Virus record (IMG/VR): IMGVR_UViG_3300043255_000003
Coordinates: 7,224 to 71,223 of that record
Length of the DNA: 64,000 bases
Reading direction: 5' to 3' (one strand)
Origin: a virus
Taxonomy: Duplodnaviria > Caudoviricetes
The notes below the pieces were generated by a model. It ran no database searches and was not told where the DNA came from. It worked only from the letters and a program-made list of their open reading frames with translations. This document shows, in pieces, positions 26,957 to 35,265 of the stretch (positions are counted from its first letter, which is position 1; every line of letters starts with the position of its first letter). A program made the position numbers and the translations under genes.

Positions 26957-27290
26957 GCGCCGCGATTTCAGACTGTGCTTGTTTGATCGCCAAGTGCGCG
27001 GCGACCCCGCGCTGCACGCCCATCTGCATGAGCATCAATGCGCCTTGGTGGGAAATCCCGGAATCTTCCGCGAGTTGCACCGCGTGGCGCGACATCCAGC
27101 CGACCATTGCCATGATGGCGTCGGCGTTGGTTTCTTCGTCCATGACGAAACCGAACTGTTTGTGCAGCGCAGCCACCAGCGCCTCAACACGATCTGGCTG
27201 ACACTGCTCTGAGATTGCCAGCCACAGCTTCTCGGCTTCCGCCACGTTGGTGGCAAGCATTTCTTCAACTGTGAATGGTGCGTTCATCAA
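26940..27290 (-). CDS. Hypothetical protein
   Basis: 116 aa, helical, RBS GGAG, operon packing. Confidence 0.55.
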   Translation of the reverse strand: MMNAPFTVEEMLATNVAEAEKLWLAISEQCQPDRVEALVAALHKQFGFVMDEETNADAIMAMVGWMSRHAVQLAEDSGISHQGALMLMQMGVQRGVAAHLAIKQAQSEIAAHGLDS

Positions 27291-27515
27291 TTACTCCGGG
27301 TCGCCATCCCCAGACGGTTTTATAAATGGTGCCACATAACACTCGGCGGCAGTGACCACTGTAAACCCTTCAACGCGCTTCGCATAATTGTCGCACAGCA
27401 TCTTGATACGCTTTTCGTGGTCAGGACCGAGTGCTGCCACGTCTTTGATGTTGTTGAACATCAGCGTTAACAAATCATGCGCGTCTTCGGAGACGACGCA
27501 GATCGGTGGCCTCAT
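27291..27515 (-). CDS. Hypothetical protein
   Basis: Probable start MRPPICVV via ATGA coupling to 27512..27805. Confidence 0.45.
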   Translation of the reverse strand: MRPPICVVSEDAHDLLTLMFNNIKDVAALGPDHEKRIKMLCDNYAKRVEGFTVVTAAECYVAPFIKPSGDGDPE

Positions 27516-27805
27516 TTTCCCGATTTGAAATCTTGACATGCTTGCCTGATCAGGTCGATTTTTGCGCTTGCGAATTCAGATTGCCCGGACTCGACGGTGG
27601 TGTGGAGTTCGCCTAGCCAGCGATCGAGTTGATCGAGGAAACTTTCGTCTCCGTTCTGCAGCGTGACGCGCCAGTCGTTCAGCGAGATCATGTAGGTCAT
27701 GGTTGCATCTGCGGCGATGGGTACCGTGAACCACACCTCACCAGCAGGCGTGCAGTCTTCGTCCATCAGTTGCAGGCCGGTTTTGGTGGTGTAGACAGCC
27801 TTCAC
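27512..27805 (-). CDS. Hypothetical protein
   Basis: 97 aa with a GTGA overlap with the upstream gene. Confidence 0.5.
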   Translation of the reverse strand: MKAVYTTKTGLQLMDEDCTPAGEVWFTVPIAADATMTYMISLNDWRVTLQNGDESFLDQLDRWLGELHTTVESGQSEFASAKIDLIRQACQDFKSGK

Positions 27806-28098
27806 TCTTGCGCCGCCTTCTCAGCCGCTGCGAGTTTTTCTTTGGCCCACTCGGTGCAGGCGACGTGTCCGCCTTCCATGATCATGCTGGCGATCGCAAC
27901 TTCGTTGAGCCGAAGCGTATCGACATCACGCGCACAATCTTGGAATCGCGTCGCCAGTGTGCCGAACACCACTGCGCCGTTGAAGTTCTTTGCTGCCATC
28001 ATGGCCTTGGCGCGCTGCCGCAGAGTCAATGCCAGTTGCGCGTAATCCATGGTGGCCAGATTCGCACGTTGGCCCCCGCCGTTTGATTTTTCGTTCAT
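27802..28098 (-). CDS. Hypothetical protein
   Basis: 98 aa, helical, ATGA overlap. Confidence 0.55.
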   Translation of the reverse strand: MNEKSNGGGQRANLATMDYAQLALTLRQRAKAMMAAKNFNGAVVFGTLATRFQDCARDVDTLRLNEVAIASMIMEGGHVACTEWAKEKLAAAEKAAQE

Positions 28099-28295
28099 CC
28101 TGCACTCGCCAGCGCATTCTTCTGCGGCAGGTCCATCAGTCGAGCCGACGCCTCGGCGAATTCCCCTCGGTCCACCGCGACGCCGACCCGGATCAGGCCG
28201 CGAACCATTTCTGCTTCACGGACACGCCCAACATTTCTTAATTTATTTGCCAGAACGCGATACTCGTTCCAGTCAACGTATTCTTTTTTCGCCAT
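28095..28295 (-). CDS. Hypothetical protein
   Basis: Probable start MAKKEYVDWNEYRVLANKLR (66 aa). Confidence 0.5.
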   Translation of the reverse strand: MAKKEYVDWNEYRVLANKLRNVGRVREAEMVRGLIRVGVAVDRGEFAEASARLMDLPQKNALASAG

Positions 28296-28497
28296 TTCGT
28301 TCCCGGTATTTCTGCATGTCGATAAGTTCCCCGGTGTTGGCATCGACCTCTGTTTGCCTGCACACCGGGCAGCCGTGTCGCGCAGCGATGCGTCGAAAGT
28401 GACGCTCCATGTTTCGTTCCCCCAACAGTCCGCAAATAACCATGCCCAGCACAATCCCACCAGACGCGGACAGCAAGCACAGCAGTGCGGTTGTCAT
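28273..28497 (-). CDS. Small TM protein with CxxC
   Basis: 74 aa, N-terminal hydrophobic helix and CPVC. Confidence 0.5.
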   Translation of the reverse strand: MTTALLCLLSASGGIVLGMVICGLLGERNMERHFRRIAARHGCPVCRQTEVDANTGELIDMQKYRERNGEKRIR

Positions 28498-28503
28498 GGC
28501 GCT

Positions 28504-28944
28504 TTACGTCCCGGTTACATCCACGGTCACACCCGTGATCGGCTCAAGATCGCCGAGCGGAACATTGAACGGCGCAATGATCGGTTGATGCGGCTTGTCC
28601 AGCACAAGGTCGTACAGGACTACCTCGAACTCGTAGTCGCCACCCGCGACATTCGGGAACGATGCCTGCGCCGGGTCCGTACCCGGCACGACCTGCGTCG
28701 GGGTGAAGTCGGGCGCAGCCGATGCCTTCATGCCGATACGAGTCTCGAACTCATCACCGCTTGCCGCCTGCCCGTCTTTGCGTGCAGTCGGATTCGTCCA
28801 CTTTAACAATACATTTCCTGACATAACTGTTACCTCGACGTTTGTGAGTTTATCTAATGGCGGGCCTTTGCCCGGCTTCGGTTTCTTGCGTAACCCTACT
28901 GCTTCCAGAAGCCGCCGCCACATGCGTTTGATTAGTTTCCACAT
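28504..28944 (-). CDS. Fibronectin type III-like domain protein
   Basis: VLLKWTNPT...GDYEFEVVLYD matches the Fn3 W...Y.F.V pattern. Basic amphipathic N-terminus. Confidence 0.6.
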   Translation of the reverse strand: MWKLIKRMWRRLLEAVGLRKKPKPGKGPPLDKLTNVEVTVMSGNVLLKWTNPTARKDGQAASGDEFETRIGMKASAAPDFTPTQVVPGTDPAQASFPNVAGGDYEFEVVLYDLVLDKPHQPIIAPFNVPLGDLEPITGVTVDVTGT

Positions 28945-29489
28945 GCGGCGAATACGGCCACCAGTTCCTGCCCCTGATTGTACGGGGTGACCGCCGATCT
29001 CGGTATCTTGTATGCAAGCACTCCGTTGTCGTCACGCATGCCGACCGATGCCGAGCATGTAACGTCCGCCGTCACAGTGCCAATGTCGAGCAGAACGAGC
29101 GCGTCTTCACTGGTGATAATGATGTACGCCTTTTCCCCGGCGATCGCCACGCCGCCCGGCGGTAGCGGCAACACATCGCTGATCGACTTCGTCGTTTCGT
29201 TGGAGTAGTCCGACTCGTTCGGCGGCTGCTCGTCATCGAATGCAGTGACGACAAAAAACCAGTCGCCTTCCGTGAGGTCAGCGACTGTATAGGTGACCGC
29301 GTCGGGATCATTGATCGTGTGATTGGTTGGATAGTTGCCGGACGTTGCGCCCCAGTACACGATGAATCCACCGGGATCATCGTAGGGTGTGCCGTCTTCG
29401 TTCTGGGTTGGTGCAGTCCACGATAAATCGGCTTGGCCTGCCATGGCTTGTGCTGCGAACAGCAGCGTCAAGAGAAGAAAGTTTTTCAT
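28932..29489 (-). CDS. Exported Fn3-domain protein with signal peptide
   Basis: MKNFLLLTLLFAAQAMA/GQADLSWTAPTQNEDGTP...GFIVYWG...YTVADLTEGDWFFVVTAFD...ESDYSNE is a classic Fn3 pattern. Confidence 0.8.
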   Translation of the reverse strand: MKNFLLLTLLFAAQAMAGQADLSWTAPTQNEDGTPYDDPGGFIVYWGATSGNYPTNHTINDPDAVTYTVADLTEGDWFFVVTAFDDEQPPNESDYSNETTKSISDVLPLPPGGVAIAGEKAYIIITSEDALVLLDIGTVTADVTCSASVGMRDDNGVLAYKIPRSAVTPYNQGQELVAVFAACGN

Positions 29490-29785
29490 GTCTCGGTGTC
29501 CTTCGCGCCCGCCTGAACGCGGCGAAACGCATCTGTTACCCGGTAACAAATATGCTCCCGTGCATCTTCCGGGTCAAAGTACGATTGACAGGGGCACACT
29601 TCGCCGCACGGGAACGTGGTGATGTCAGTGGGCTGAAGGTAGCCGCACTTCTCGGCAAGGGTCTGGATCTCGCCGCCATCCCAGTCGTTGAGGTCGTCAT
29701 AGCCGTCACCGACGACGATCTTGTCGATGAATTGGCACATCGCCGCGTAGTCGGCTTTGCTGATGCTGATCTGATCATCAGGCAT
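29486..29785 (-). CDS. Hypothetical Cys-containing protein
   Basis: 99 aa, DWDGGEIQTLAEKCGYL...PCGEVCPC...CYR, ATGA coupling. Confidence 0.55.
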   Translation of the reverse strand: MPDDQISISKADYAAMCQFIDKIVVGDGYDDLNDWDGGEIQTLAEKCGYLQPTDITTFPCGEVCPCQSYFDPEDAREHICYRVTDAFRRVQAGAKDTET

Positions 29786-29811
29786 TTTTTATCTCTCCCC
29801 CAGACGCCGAA

Positions 29812-30441
29812 CTATACACGGCAACTTCGGTTGCACCAAGCGAGATAGTCGGCGTTGTAGAAGCCGATCAGTTGGGTGGCCATGGTGTAGTCGCGATCGA
29901 ACGCTTCGAGTGTTTCATGGCTGTTGAAATGCGGGATTTCGGTGGTGCAGGTCAGGCCCGTGCGTTGCACCATGCGCGGCCACTCGATGTCGAGTTGTTC
30001 GGTGCGCACCACGGTCGGCGGCGGGCAGTTCGGCAACGCCTCGGCGGCTTGCAAGGTTTGCGGTCGCAGGTGCTCGTCCTCGATGTCGTTGGGGAAGAAC
30101 GTCGTCAGGTGCGCAACGAATTCCGGGAACGGGCAGCCGGGCACGAAACCCAGTTTTCTGAAGCGGCCATACACTGGCGTCTCGTTTGCTTGGTTCAGGT
30201 GATTCCATGCCGACACGGTGCGCGCCAGCGGATGGCGGATGAACACGTAGGTGTGATCGGGTTCCGGCCACGCCAGTCGATTCTTTCCCCGGCCACGCAA
30301 AACTTTTTCGTTGGCTCCGGTGTTGCTGCCGCGATTGATGGCTTGCCCTGCATCGGTACAGAACGCGTTCACGATAGACGTGTGCGCCGACTTGTTGAAA
30401 GCGCAGATGCGTACTCCATCCCGTTGCAGGACATGCGGCAT
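29812..30441 (-). CDS. Carbohydrate sulfotransferase (Sulfotransfer_2-like)
   Basis: 5'-PSB-like NKSAHTSI, 3'-PB-like VFIRHPLARTVSAW, DEHLRPQ and terminal FYNADY. Probable start MPHVLQ at 30441. Confidence 0.85.
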   Translation of the reverse strand: MPHVLQRDGVRICAFNKSAHTSIVNAFCTDAGQAINRGSNTGANEKVLRGRGKNRLAWPEPDHTYVFIRHPLARTVSAWNHLNQANETPVYGRFRKLGFVPGCPFPEFVAHLTTFFPNDIEDEHLRPQTLQAAEALPNCPPPTVVRTEQLDIEWPRMVQRTGLTCTTEIPHFNSHETLEAFDRDYTMATQLIGFYNADYLAWCNRSCRV

Positions 30442-30740
30442 CAGACAAGCCCCGCGTTTTCGAGTCGGGCGAGTTCGCTGGTCAGAAACGTCATCTGCTC
30501 CTGCAGTCTGGCAACCTGTTGATTGATCGCTTCCATCGCGCAATGCGGCGAGACCTGTTCGTCTTTTTCGTTGCGCTCGATGGTTTTCGGCTGTGCGCCG
30601 ACCAGTCGATCGTTGAATCCGTCCAATCGGCGCGCTGCGTCCTGCGCAATCATGGTTTGCTCGGCGAGTTGTTTTTCCAGTTGGCTAAACCACGATTCTC
30701 GAACTTCATCTGCTGCTGCTGCGGTCATTCCACCGTTCAT
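30441..30740 (-). CDS. Small coiled-coil protein
   Basis: Probable start MNGGMT (RBS AGGAG), 99 aa. Confidence 0.55.
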   Translation of the reverse strand: MNGGMTAAAADEVRESWFSQLEKQLAEQTMIAQDAARRLDGFNDRLVGAQPKTIERNEKDEQVSPHCAMEAINQQVARLQEQMTFLTSELARLENAGLV

Positions 30741-30886
30741 TTTTTTCTCCTGTTGGCTTTGCGGGATTGCTTCGCAATTTTTTGGCGTTTGCGTTCGCGT
30801 TTTTTCTGATTCTTGAACCACGGTGCGCCGAAGGTGTCTTCACCGACTTGGTTGCGGGCTTTATTTTTGCGGCTGGTTCCACCCAT
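30737..30886 (-). CDS. Small highly basic protein (49 aa, not in ORF track)
   Basis: MGGTSRKNKARNQVGEDTFGAPWFKNQKKRERKRQKIAKQSRKANRRKK, with ATGA coupling to the downstream gene. Confidence 0.55.
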   Translation of the reverse strand: MGGTSRKNKARNQVGEDTFGAPWFKNQKKRERKRQKIAKQSRKANRRKK

Positions 30887-30922
30887 GGTCAGGCTCCGGT
30901 TTGTGTATCCATTGTGGCTACA

Positions 30923-30974
30923 AAATACCAGAAACTTCCGAAATGACCCCCTGAAACGGAAGTTTCCGGTATTT
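30923..30974. repeat. Long inverted repeat (17 of 18 bp paired)
   Basis: AAATACC-a-GAAACTTCCG ...16 nt... CGGAAGTTTC-c-GGTATTT, in an intergenic position. Confidence 0.75.
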
Positions 30975-30982
30975 CTTGGCGC

Positions 30983-31366
30983 TCAAAAAGGAATATCGTC
31001 GTCGAATTCGGCTTCGGCTTGCTGGGATTGCTTGGGCACGTAACTCGCGGCCATTTCCGCAATCAGTTTTTTCGCCAGATCGTCGTGCGGTTTGCCGTTT
31101 TTCATCGCGAGCATGCACTGGTTCAGCGCGGTTTCGACATTCGGCTCCAGTTTCAACCCGGACTGTGCAGAACGCGGTGCAGACTGCTCTTTGCGCTCGC
31201 CGCAGGTGTCGAAATGCGACGTGTGCTTGTTGCGATCGTAAATTTCATCGCCCGCCTCGTAGGTATCCGCATCGACCGGCATGCGTTTGCCCTTGTAGGT
31301 CCCGATCCAGACAATATCCGCCTCGCACCTGTTACACGACTCGATGTCACCCTGATTTTTCGCCAT
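30983..31366 (-). CDS. Zn-binding domain protein ending in the SSB-type acidic tip DDDIPF
   Basis: CNRC..IVWIGTYKGKRMPVD...HFDTC N-terminal domain and C-terminus EAEFDDDIPF. No OB-fold signature seen. Confidence 0.7.
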   Translation of the reverse strand: MAKNQGDIESCNRCEADIVWIGTYKGKRMPVDADTYEAGDEIYDRNKHTSHFDTCGERKEQSAPRSAQSGLKLEPNVETALNQCMLAMKNGKPHDDLAKKLIAEMAASYVPKQSQQAEAEFDDDIPF

Positions 31367-31604
31367 TTCTCACCTCCCAGTGCTCCAAAACCTTCCGGGC
31401 GATCATGTTGCCGTCGCTGTTGCCCAGATGCGGCCCGTTACCAAGACGCGCAAGCTGGTTTAGCGCAATTTCGTAGTCCTTAATCTTGTCGTGCAGCAGT
31501 TCGATCACGTCCTGCAGTGTCTGTGCGAGTTCAAGTGCTTCCGCACCGTCCCAACGAATTTTCGCCACCCGTTCTGCCACCATTTTTTTATCAAGTTCCG
31601 TCAC
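31347..31604 (-). CDS. Hypothetical coiled-coil protein
   Basis: 85 aa, RBS GGAG. Confidence 0.55.
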   Translation of the reverse strand: MTELDKKMVAERVAKIRWDGAEALELAQTLQDVIELLHDKIKDYEIALNQLARLGNGPHLGNSDGNMIARKVLEHWEVRNGEKSG

Positions 31605-31983
31605 TACCCTCTCCTGTCAGTGGACGACTCGCAACTTCGAGAGCCGTTAAGATTTCGATTTTTATTGGCAGCCGTTTGCGGTAATTTCGCGCCAGTTCCA
31701 GCGCGTATTTTTCCCACTTCGCGTATTCCGGGCAATCGTCCAGACACAAGCCGTGATCAATACCGTCGAGCATCTTCACCGTGAACGTCGTCGCACCCTC
31801 TGGCGCTCGCTCCAGTTGCACCACCAGATCGGTGATGATCTGCACGGCTTCATCGAGTCGTCCTGCGATCGCGTTCATGACAAGTACAGTCAAAAACATG
31901 CTGCTGTCCATCTTCGCCGTCTGGGCACGAATCGCATCCGGCAACTCGGCCAGCGGTATGGTCTGTAAATCAGGTTCCGACAT
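31591..31983 (-). CDS. Hypothetical protein
   Basis: Probable start MSEPDLQT, 130 aa. Confidence 0.5.
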   Translation of the reverse strand: MSEPDLQTIPLAELPDAIRAQTAKMDSSMFLTVLVMNAIAGRLDEAVQIITDLVVQLERAPEGATTFTVKMLDGIDHGLCLDDCPEYAKWEKYALELARNYRKRLPIKIEILTALEVASRPLTGEGSDGT

Positions 31984-32308
31984 CAGCTTTCCCCCACTCA
32001 AAAACAGGCACCTTGTGACCGTCCTCGCTGATCACCTCCGTGGTGTGAATCTGCAACAGCCCGCCCAGCGTCCAGTCGCAACCACGACCCTCCACCCACC
32101 TGCCAATGCACGAAAAATAAAAAACCGTGTCAGGATTCTCCACCTCGGCATCAACAAAATCCTTCAGCGTCTGCGTCTCATGACACGACGCACATTCAAA
32201 CACCCAGTCCTTCACCTTCTCGCCGAATTTTTCTACAGCTTCAGCCTTCCACTCGTCCAACGAGATCTGCCGACGCTCCCGAACCTGCTTGATGGGTTCA
32301 CTCGCCAT
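31970..32308 (-). CDS. VVA0879-like conserved phage protein
   Basis: EWKAEAVEKFG...WVFECASC...FSCIGRW...GCDWTLGGLLQIH pattern. Confidence 0.65.
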   Translation of the reverse strand: MASEPIKQVRERRQISLDEWKAEAVEKFGEKVKDWVFECASCHETQTLKDFVDAEVENPDTVFYFSCIGRWVEGRGCDWTLGGLLQIHTTEVISEDGHKVPVFEWGKADVGT

Positions 32309-32319
32309 TTTTTATTCTC

Positions 32320-32742
32320 CTATCGGTGCGGAACCGCCTCGCGAGCATATTCCGGTTTGTATTTGTAGCCGCCAGTCACATCATCGATCGACAGCCATGG
32401 CCCCTCGTACCGCTGGACGACCTTTCGGTAGACCCAACAGAAACGCTGCAACCGGATCTCCCCGGCCAGCCACGCCTGCCCCTGTCGCGTTAGCTGCCAC
32501 CTGCCGCCCTTGCCCGAGTCGTCGGAAATTTTTTTGACCAGATCCCAGTACGCCAGCTTGGCAAAATTCGTGTACTCGCCCTTGCTGAGACCGATCGACG
32601 CGATCTCCTGCGGACCCAGCCCACCCTTGCCCAACTTCCACAATCCACGCACCAGACCCTTGGCCAGACCGTGTTTGTATTCGACCAGCTTCGCCCCGCA
32701 CTCCGGGCACAACGGATTATCGGACATCACCTGTCCCGCCAT
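32320..32742 (-). CDS. Hypothetical protein (CxxC plus winged-helix-like)
   Basis: 140 aa, CPECG, NFAKLAYWDLV...GRWQLTRQG. Confidence 0.55.
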   Translation of the reverse strand: MAGQVMSDNPLCPECGAKLVEYKHGLAKGLVRGLWKLGKGGLGPQEIASIGLSKGEYTNFAKLAYWDLVKKISDDSGKGGRWQLTRQGQAWLAGEIRLQRFCWVYRKVVQRYEGPWLSIDDVTGGYKYKPEYAREAVPHR

Positions 32743-33163
32743 TTTCAGAAAACGCCCGCCGCATTATATGCAACCTCGGTTGCGACTGATAGCTGTACGA
32801 CTAAAACCGTCAACTGGGGGAGAACCAACTGGTTGAAGGATCAAATAACAAGCAGGCGGGTCCCTCCGCCAAGGGGTACCCCCCCAGCCCTTGGGACTCC
32901 TACGCTTCAGCCTATAAGACCCCCCGGTGGCTGGTGGCACCGTGTCCCTGTCAGCAGGCAGCAGGCTGTGGGCTGTGCGTATAATGGCTATTGAGTTAAA
33001 TAGGAACGTAAGCCCTTGATAAATAAAAGATAAGGGGGGTCGTGTCCTGCTGGCTGTGTGTTGTTGGCCACCCCACCACGCGTAAGTCATTGATAGTACG
33101 TGTGTTTGTGCGCCCAGAAATCTCATGAGATGCGCCACAATAGGGGGATACATGCCCATATCA

Positions 33164-33811
33164 TCACACCTCACCCCCATCAGGCTCATGGTCCAATGCG
33201 CTGATAGCCTTACTGCTTATGGCCTGTAGCCTGTGTGTGCTGTCCGTATCCAGTTCATGTTGGGTGAGCAGGGTGCTGGCCTGCTGCTGGTCTCCGACTA
33301 GGTACACCTTGCTGGGTGTGTCGTAACCTGCTGATTTGTTTCCTGTTTCATGGGAGCCGGGCAGGTAGCGGGGCAGGCTGGCGGGTGGCCGTATAGAGTA
33401 CGTCTGGTACAGGGGCATCCATTCCTTCTTGAGCCACTGTAAGTCGTTGATATTGCACATACAAATACGAGCAAAGCCGCCCATGGCCAGCACACAGGCC
33501 GGGATCAGGGGATCGTCGAAGGCCACGGATCTGGCCTGACCGTGTTCCCGTGCGGCCTTCAGGACCTTCTGCCATGCGGCTTCGGCCTTGTCCTGCGGGC
33601 TTCCCTCGATGATGGCGAGCAGGTCGGCGGGTGTGGGCATGAACCGGCTGGCCTTGATGTGGTGAGCCACTGCGGCCTGTACGGCGGGCAGTGGGTACGG
33701 TTCGAGAGTCTGCCACCACAGGGCGATCGCCTGCTGGGTGACTTCCTGCCGGTAGACTTCCGATGCTGCGATCAGGGCCATGGCGAAGGCTTCGCGGTCA
33801 CTATCCTGCAT
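33164..33811 (-). CDS. Replication protein, helicase loader/inhibitor-like (DUF6475-type C-terminal domain)
   Basis: Follows the initiator. LWWQTLEPYPL.AV..AV..HIKASRFMPTPADL, AEAAW.KV, SVAFDDPLI..CV..MGG. Confidence 0.7.
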   Translation of the reverse strand: MQDSDREAFAMALIAASEVYRQEVTQQAIALWWQTLEPYPLPAVQAAVAHHIKASRFMPTPADLLAIIEGSPQDKAEAAWQKVLKAAREHGQARSVAFDDPLIPACVLAMGGFARICMCNINDLQWLKKEWMPLYQTYSIRPPASLPRYLPGSHETGNKSAGYDTPSKVYLVGDQQQASTLLTQHELDTDSTHRLQAISSKAISALDHEPDGGEV

Positions 33812-34652
33812 CGATGAACCTCTTCGCGGCGGCGACGTTTTTGCTGGTGCGTTCGTTGGTCTGGCTGATCGGATAATCCTCGGTCCACAGGCCAGCGTCG
33901 GCGGCTAGAAAAAACTCGGCTCGCTTGATGAATTCCGTTCCGATTTTCCCGGCTGCCTGTTGTTGGTCCCGGTAGCGTCTCGCCCCGGACATGATGTCGG
34001 CCCAGCCGACGCCTGACGCGACCAGTTTGGCTGCTTTGACTTTGGCCTTGGACCAGCCCTGCGTGCCCTGTCGTTCTGGGTACGTTGCCCTGAAGGCGTC
34101 CCACATCGACTCGCTGATCGGACCACCTGATCCGGTAGGTGTGGGTCTGGGTTTTAGTTTCTGTGTGGGTGTGGGTGTGGGTCTGGGTTTGAGTGGCATG
34201 CTTGGAGCAGTGCTTGGAGGTGTGCTTAGTGCATTGCTTGGAGCACTGCTTGGAGCAGGGTGCTGTGGGGCATCTCCTGAACCCGTCCCGGACAGTTCAC
34301 CGTCGTCTGTGGGTTCCAGCGTGCGGCCATGTCTGGCGGCTGCGGCCTTGCGTGCTCGGGCTGTATTTTTCTCGGCCTGTTCGAGCATCGCATCGCGGAT
34401 CAATTCGAGTCTGGGGTTTCGACCATCGGGGAATTTCGGTGCGAGTTTCGCGCTGTGCTTCGGCCATGATTTTGCGATCATCACCATGGCGTCGGCGTCG
34501 TCGATCGGCACGTCGCCGTTGAGCCACTGAAAGTTCAGCAGTCGCAAATATGCGCCGCATTGTTCGTCAGTGAAAGTGATCGTGCTGGCTGTGAAATCCG
34601 CTGCGTAAAATTGAAACCATGGCCTGAGATTCGAGCCTGTTTTGTGTCCCAC
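33801..34652 (-). CDS. Replication initiator (DUF1376/YdaU-type N-terminus, lambda O-like)
   Basis: PWFQFYAADF...GAYLRLLNFQWLNG, a central repeat linker, and C-terminal WDAFRATYPERQG...EFIKRAEFFL. Confidence 0.8.
   Translation of the reverse strand: MGHKTGSNLRPWFQFYAADFTASTITFTDEQCGAYLRLLNFQWLNGDVPIDDADAMVMIAKSWPKHSAKLAPKFPDGRNPRLELIRDAMLEQAEKNTARARKAAAARHGRTLEPTDDGELSGTGSGDAPQHPAPSSAPSNALSTPPSTAPSMPLKPRPTPTPTQKLKPRPTPTGSGGPISESMWDAFRATYPERQGTQGWSKAKVKAAKLVASGVGWADIMSGARRYRDQQQAAGKIGTEFIKRAEFFLAADAGLWTEDYPISQTNERTSKNVAAAKRFIDAG
34199..34257. repeat. Five 12-bp tandem iterons (TGCTTGGAGCA-N): candidate replication origin
   Basis: Copies at 34199, 34211, 34223, 34235 and 34247 with an internal TGCT/AGCA dyad, inside the initiator gene as in lambda O. 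Confidence 0.7.
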
Positions 34653-34705
34653 CGATGCACACTCCCGATTGCATTTCGCGTTTGTTTTTTCTGTTGCACA
34701 TCACG

Positions 34706-34993
34706 CTAACCCGAAGCGCGATCCGGCAAGCGATCGGCTGGCACAATTACCTCGCCGAGCAGTTCGTCCTTGGTGACCTGATGGCCTTTTTGCTGGGCAC
34801 GTTTTGCGACCAGTGCAGCGTATCGATCGGCCATCTGAAACGGGAGCGCGCCGCGCTGATACCACTTGTCCACCGCCTGTCTGGTGACACGCCAGCCGAG
34901 CCTGCGGCTGATGTAATCTGCCACGTCCTGACGCGTGCCAATGGCGGCGATTGCACGCTGTGTTTTTGTCAGTGTGCTGGTGTCGTTTTCCAT
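34706..34993 (-). CDS. Cro-like HTH regulator
   Basis: 95 aa from MENDTST, with RQDVADYISRRLGWRVTRQAVDKW HTH. First gene of the leftward operon. Confidence 0.7.
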   Translation of the reverse strand: MENDTSTLTKTQRAIAAIGTRQDVADYISRRLGWRVTRQAVDKWYQRGALPFQMADRYAALVAKRAQQKGHQVTKDELLGEVIVPADRLPDRASG

Positions 34994-35235
34994 CTTGAAA
35001 TTCCCCCGTGATCGGACTGCGAAATGTACACGCGATCGTCGCGGCTGGCCAGTTTTATCGTCAACCGGGCTGTGCATAAAGCTGTTGAAAAGCTGTCAAC
35101 TGGTGTCCCAAAAACGTGCGCAGATTCGGCCTGATTCGATCGATTGCCTGATCCAGTAGCATTTATTTTCAAGCGCGAGACTGTTGGGCTGTGGGCGTTG
35201 TGGCCCGGACCTGATCCAGTACCCTGCAACTGGGG

Positions 35236-35265
35236 TTGACAGGAACGCGTTCTGGGCAGTATGGT
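35236..35265 (+). promoter_or_regulatory. Sigma70-like promoter of the early operon
   Basis: TTGACA (35236-41), 18 nt, TATGGT (35260-65). The spacer contains the palindrome GAACGCGTTC, and the hairpin GGTCGCAAGCGACC follows. Confidence 0.6.
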
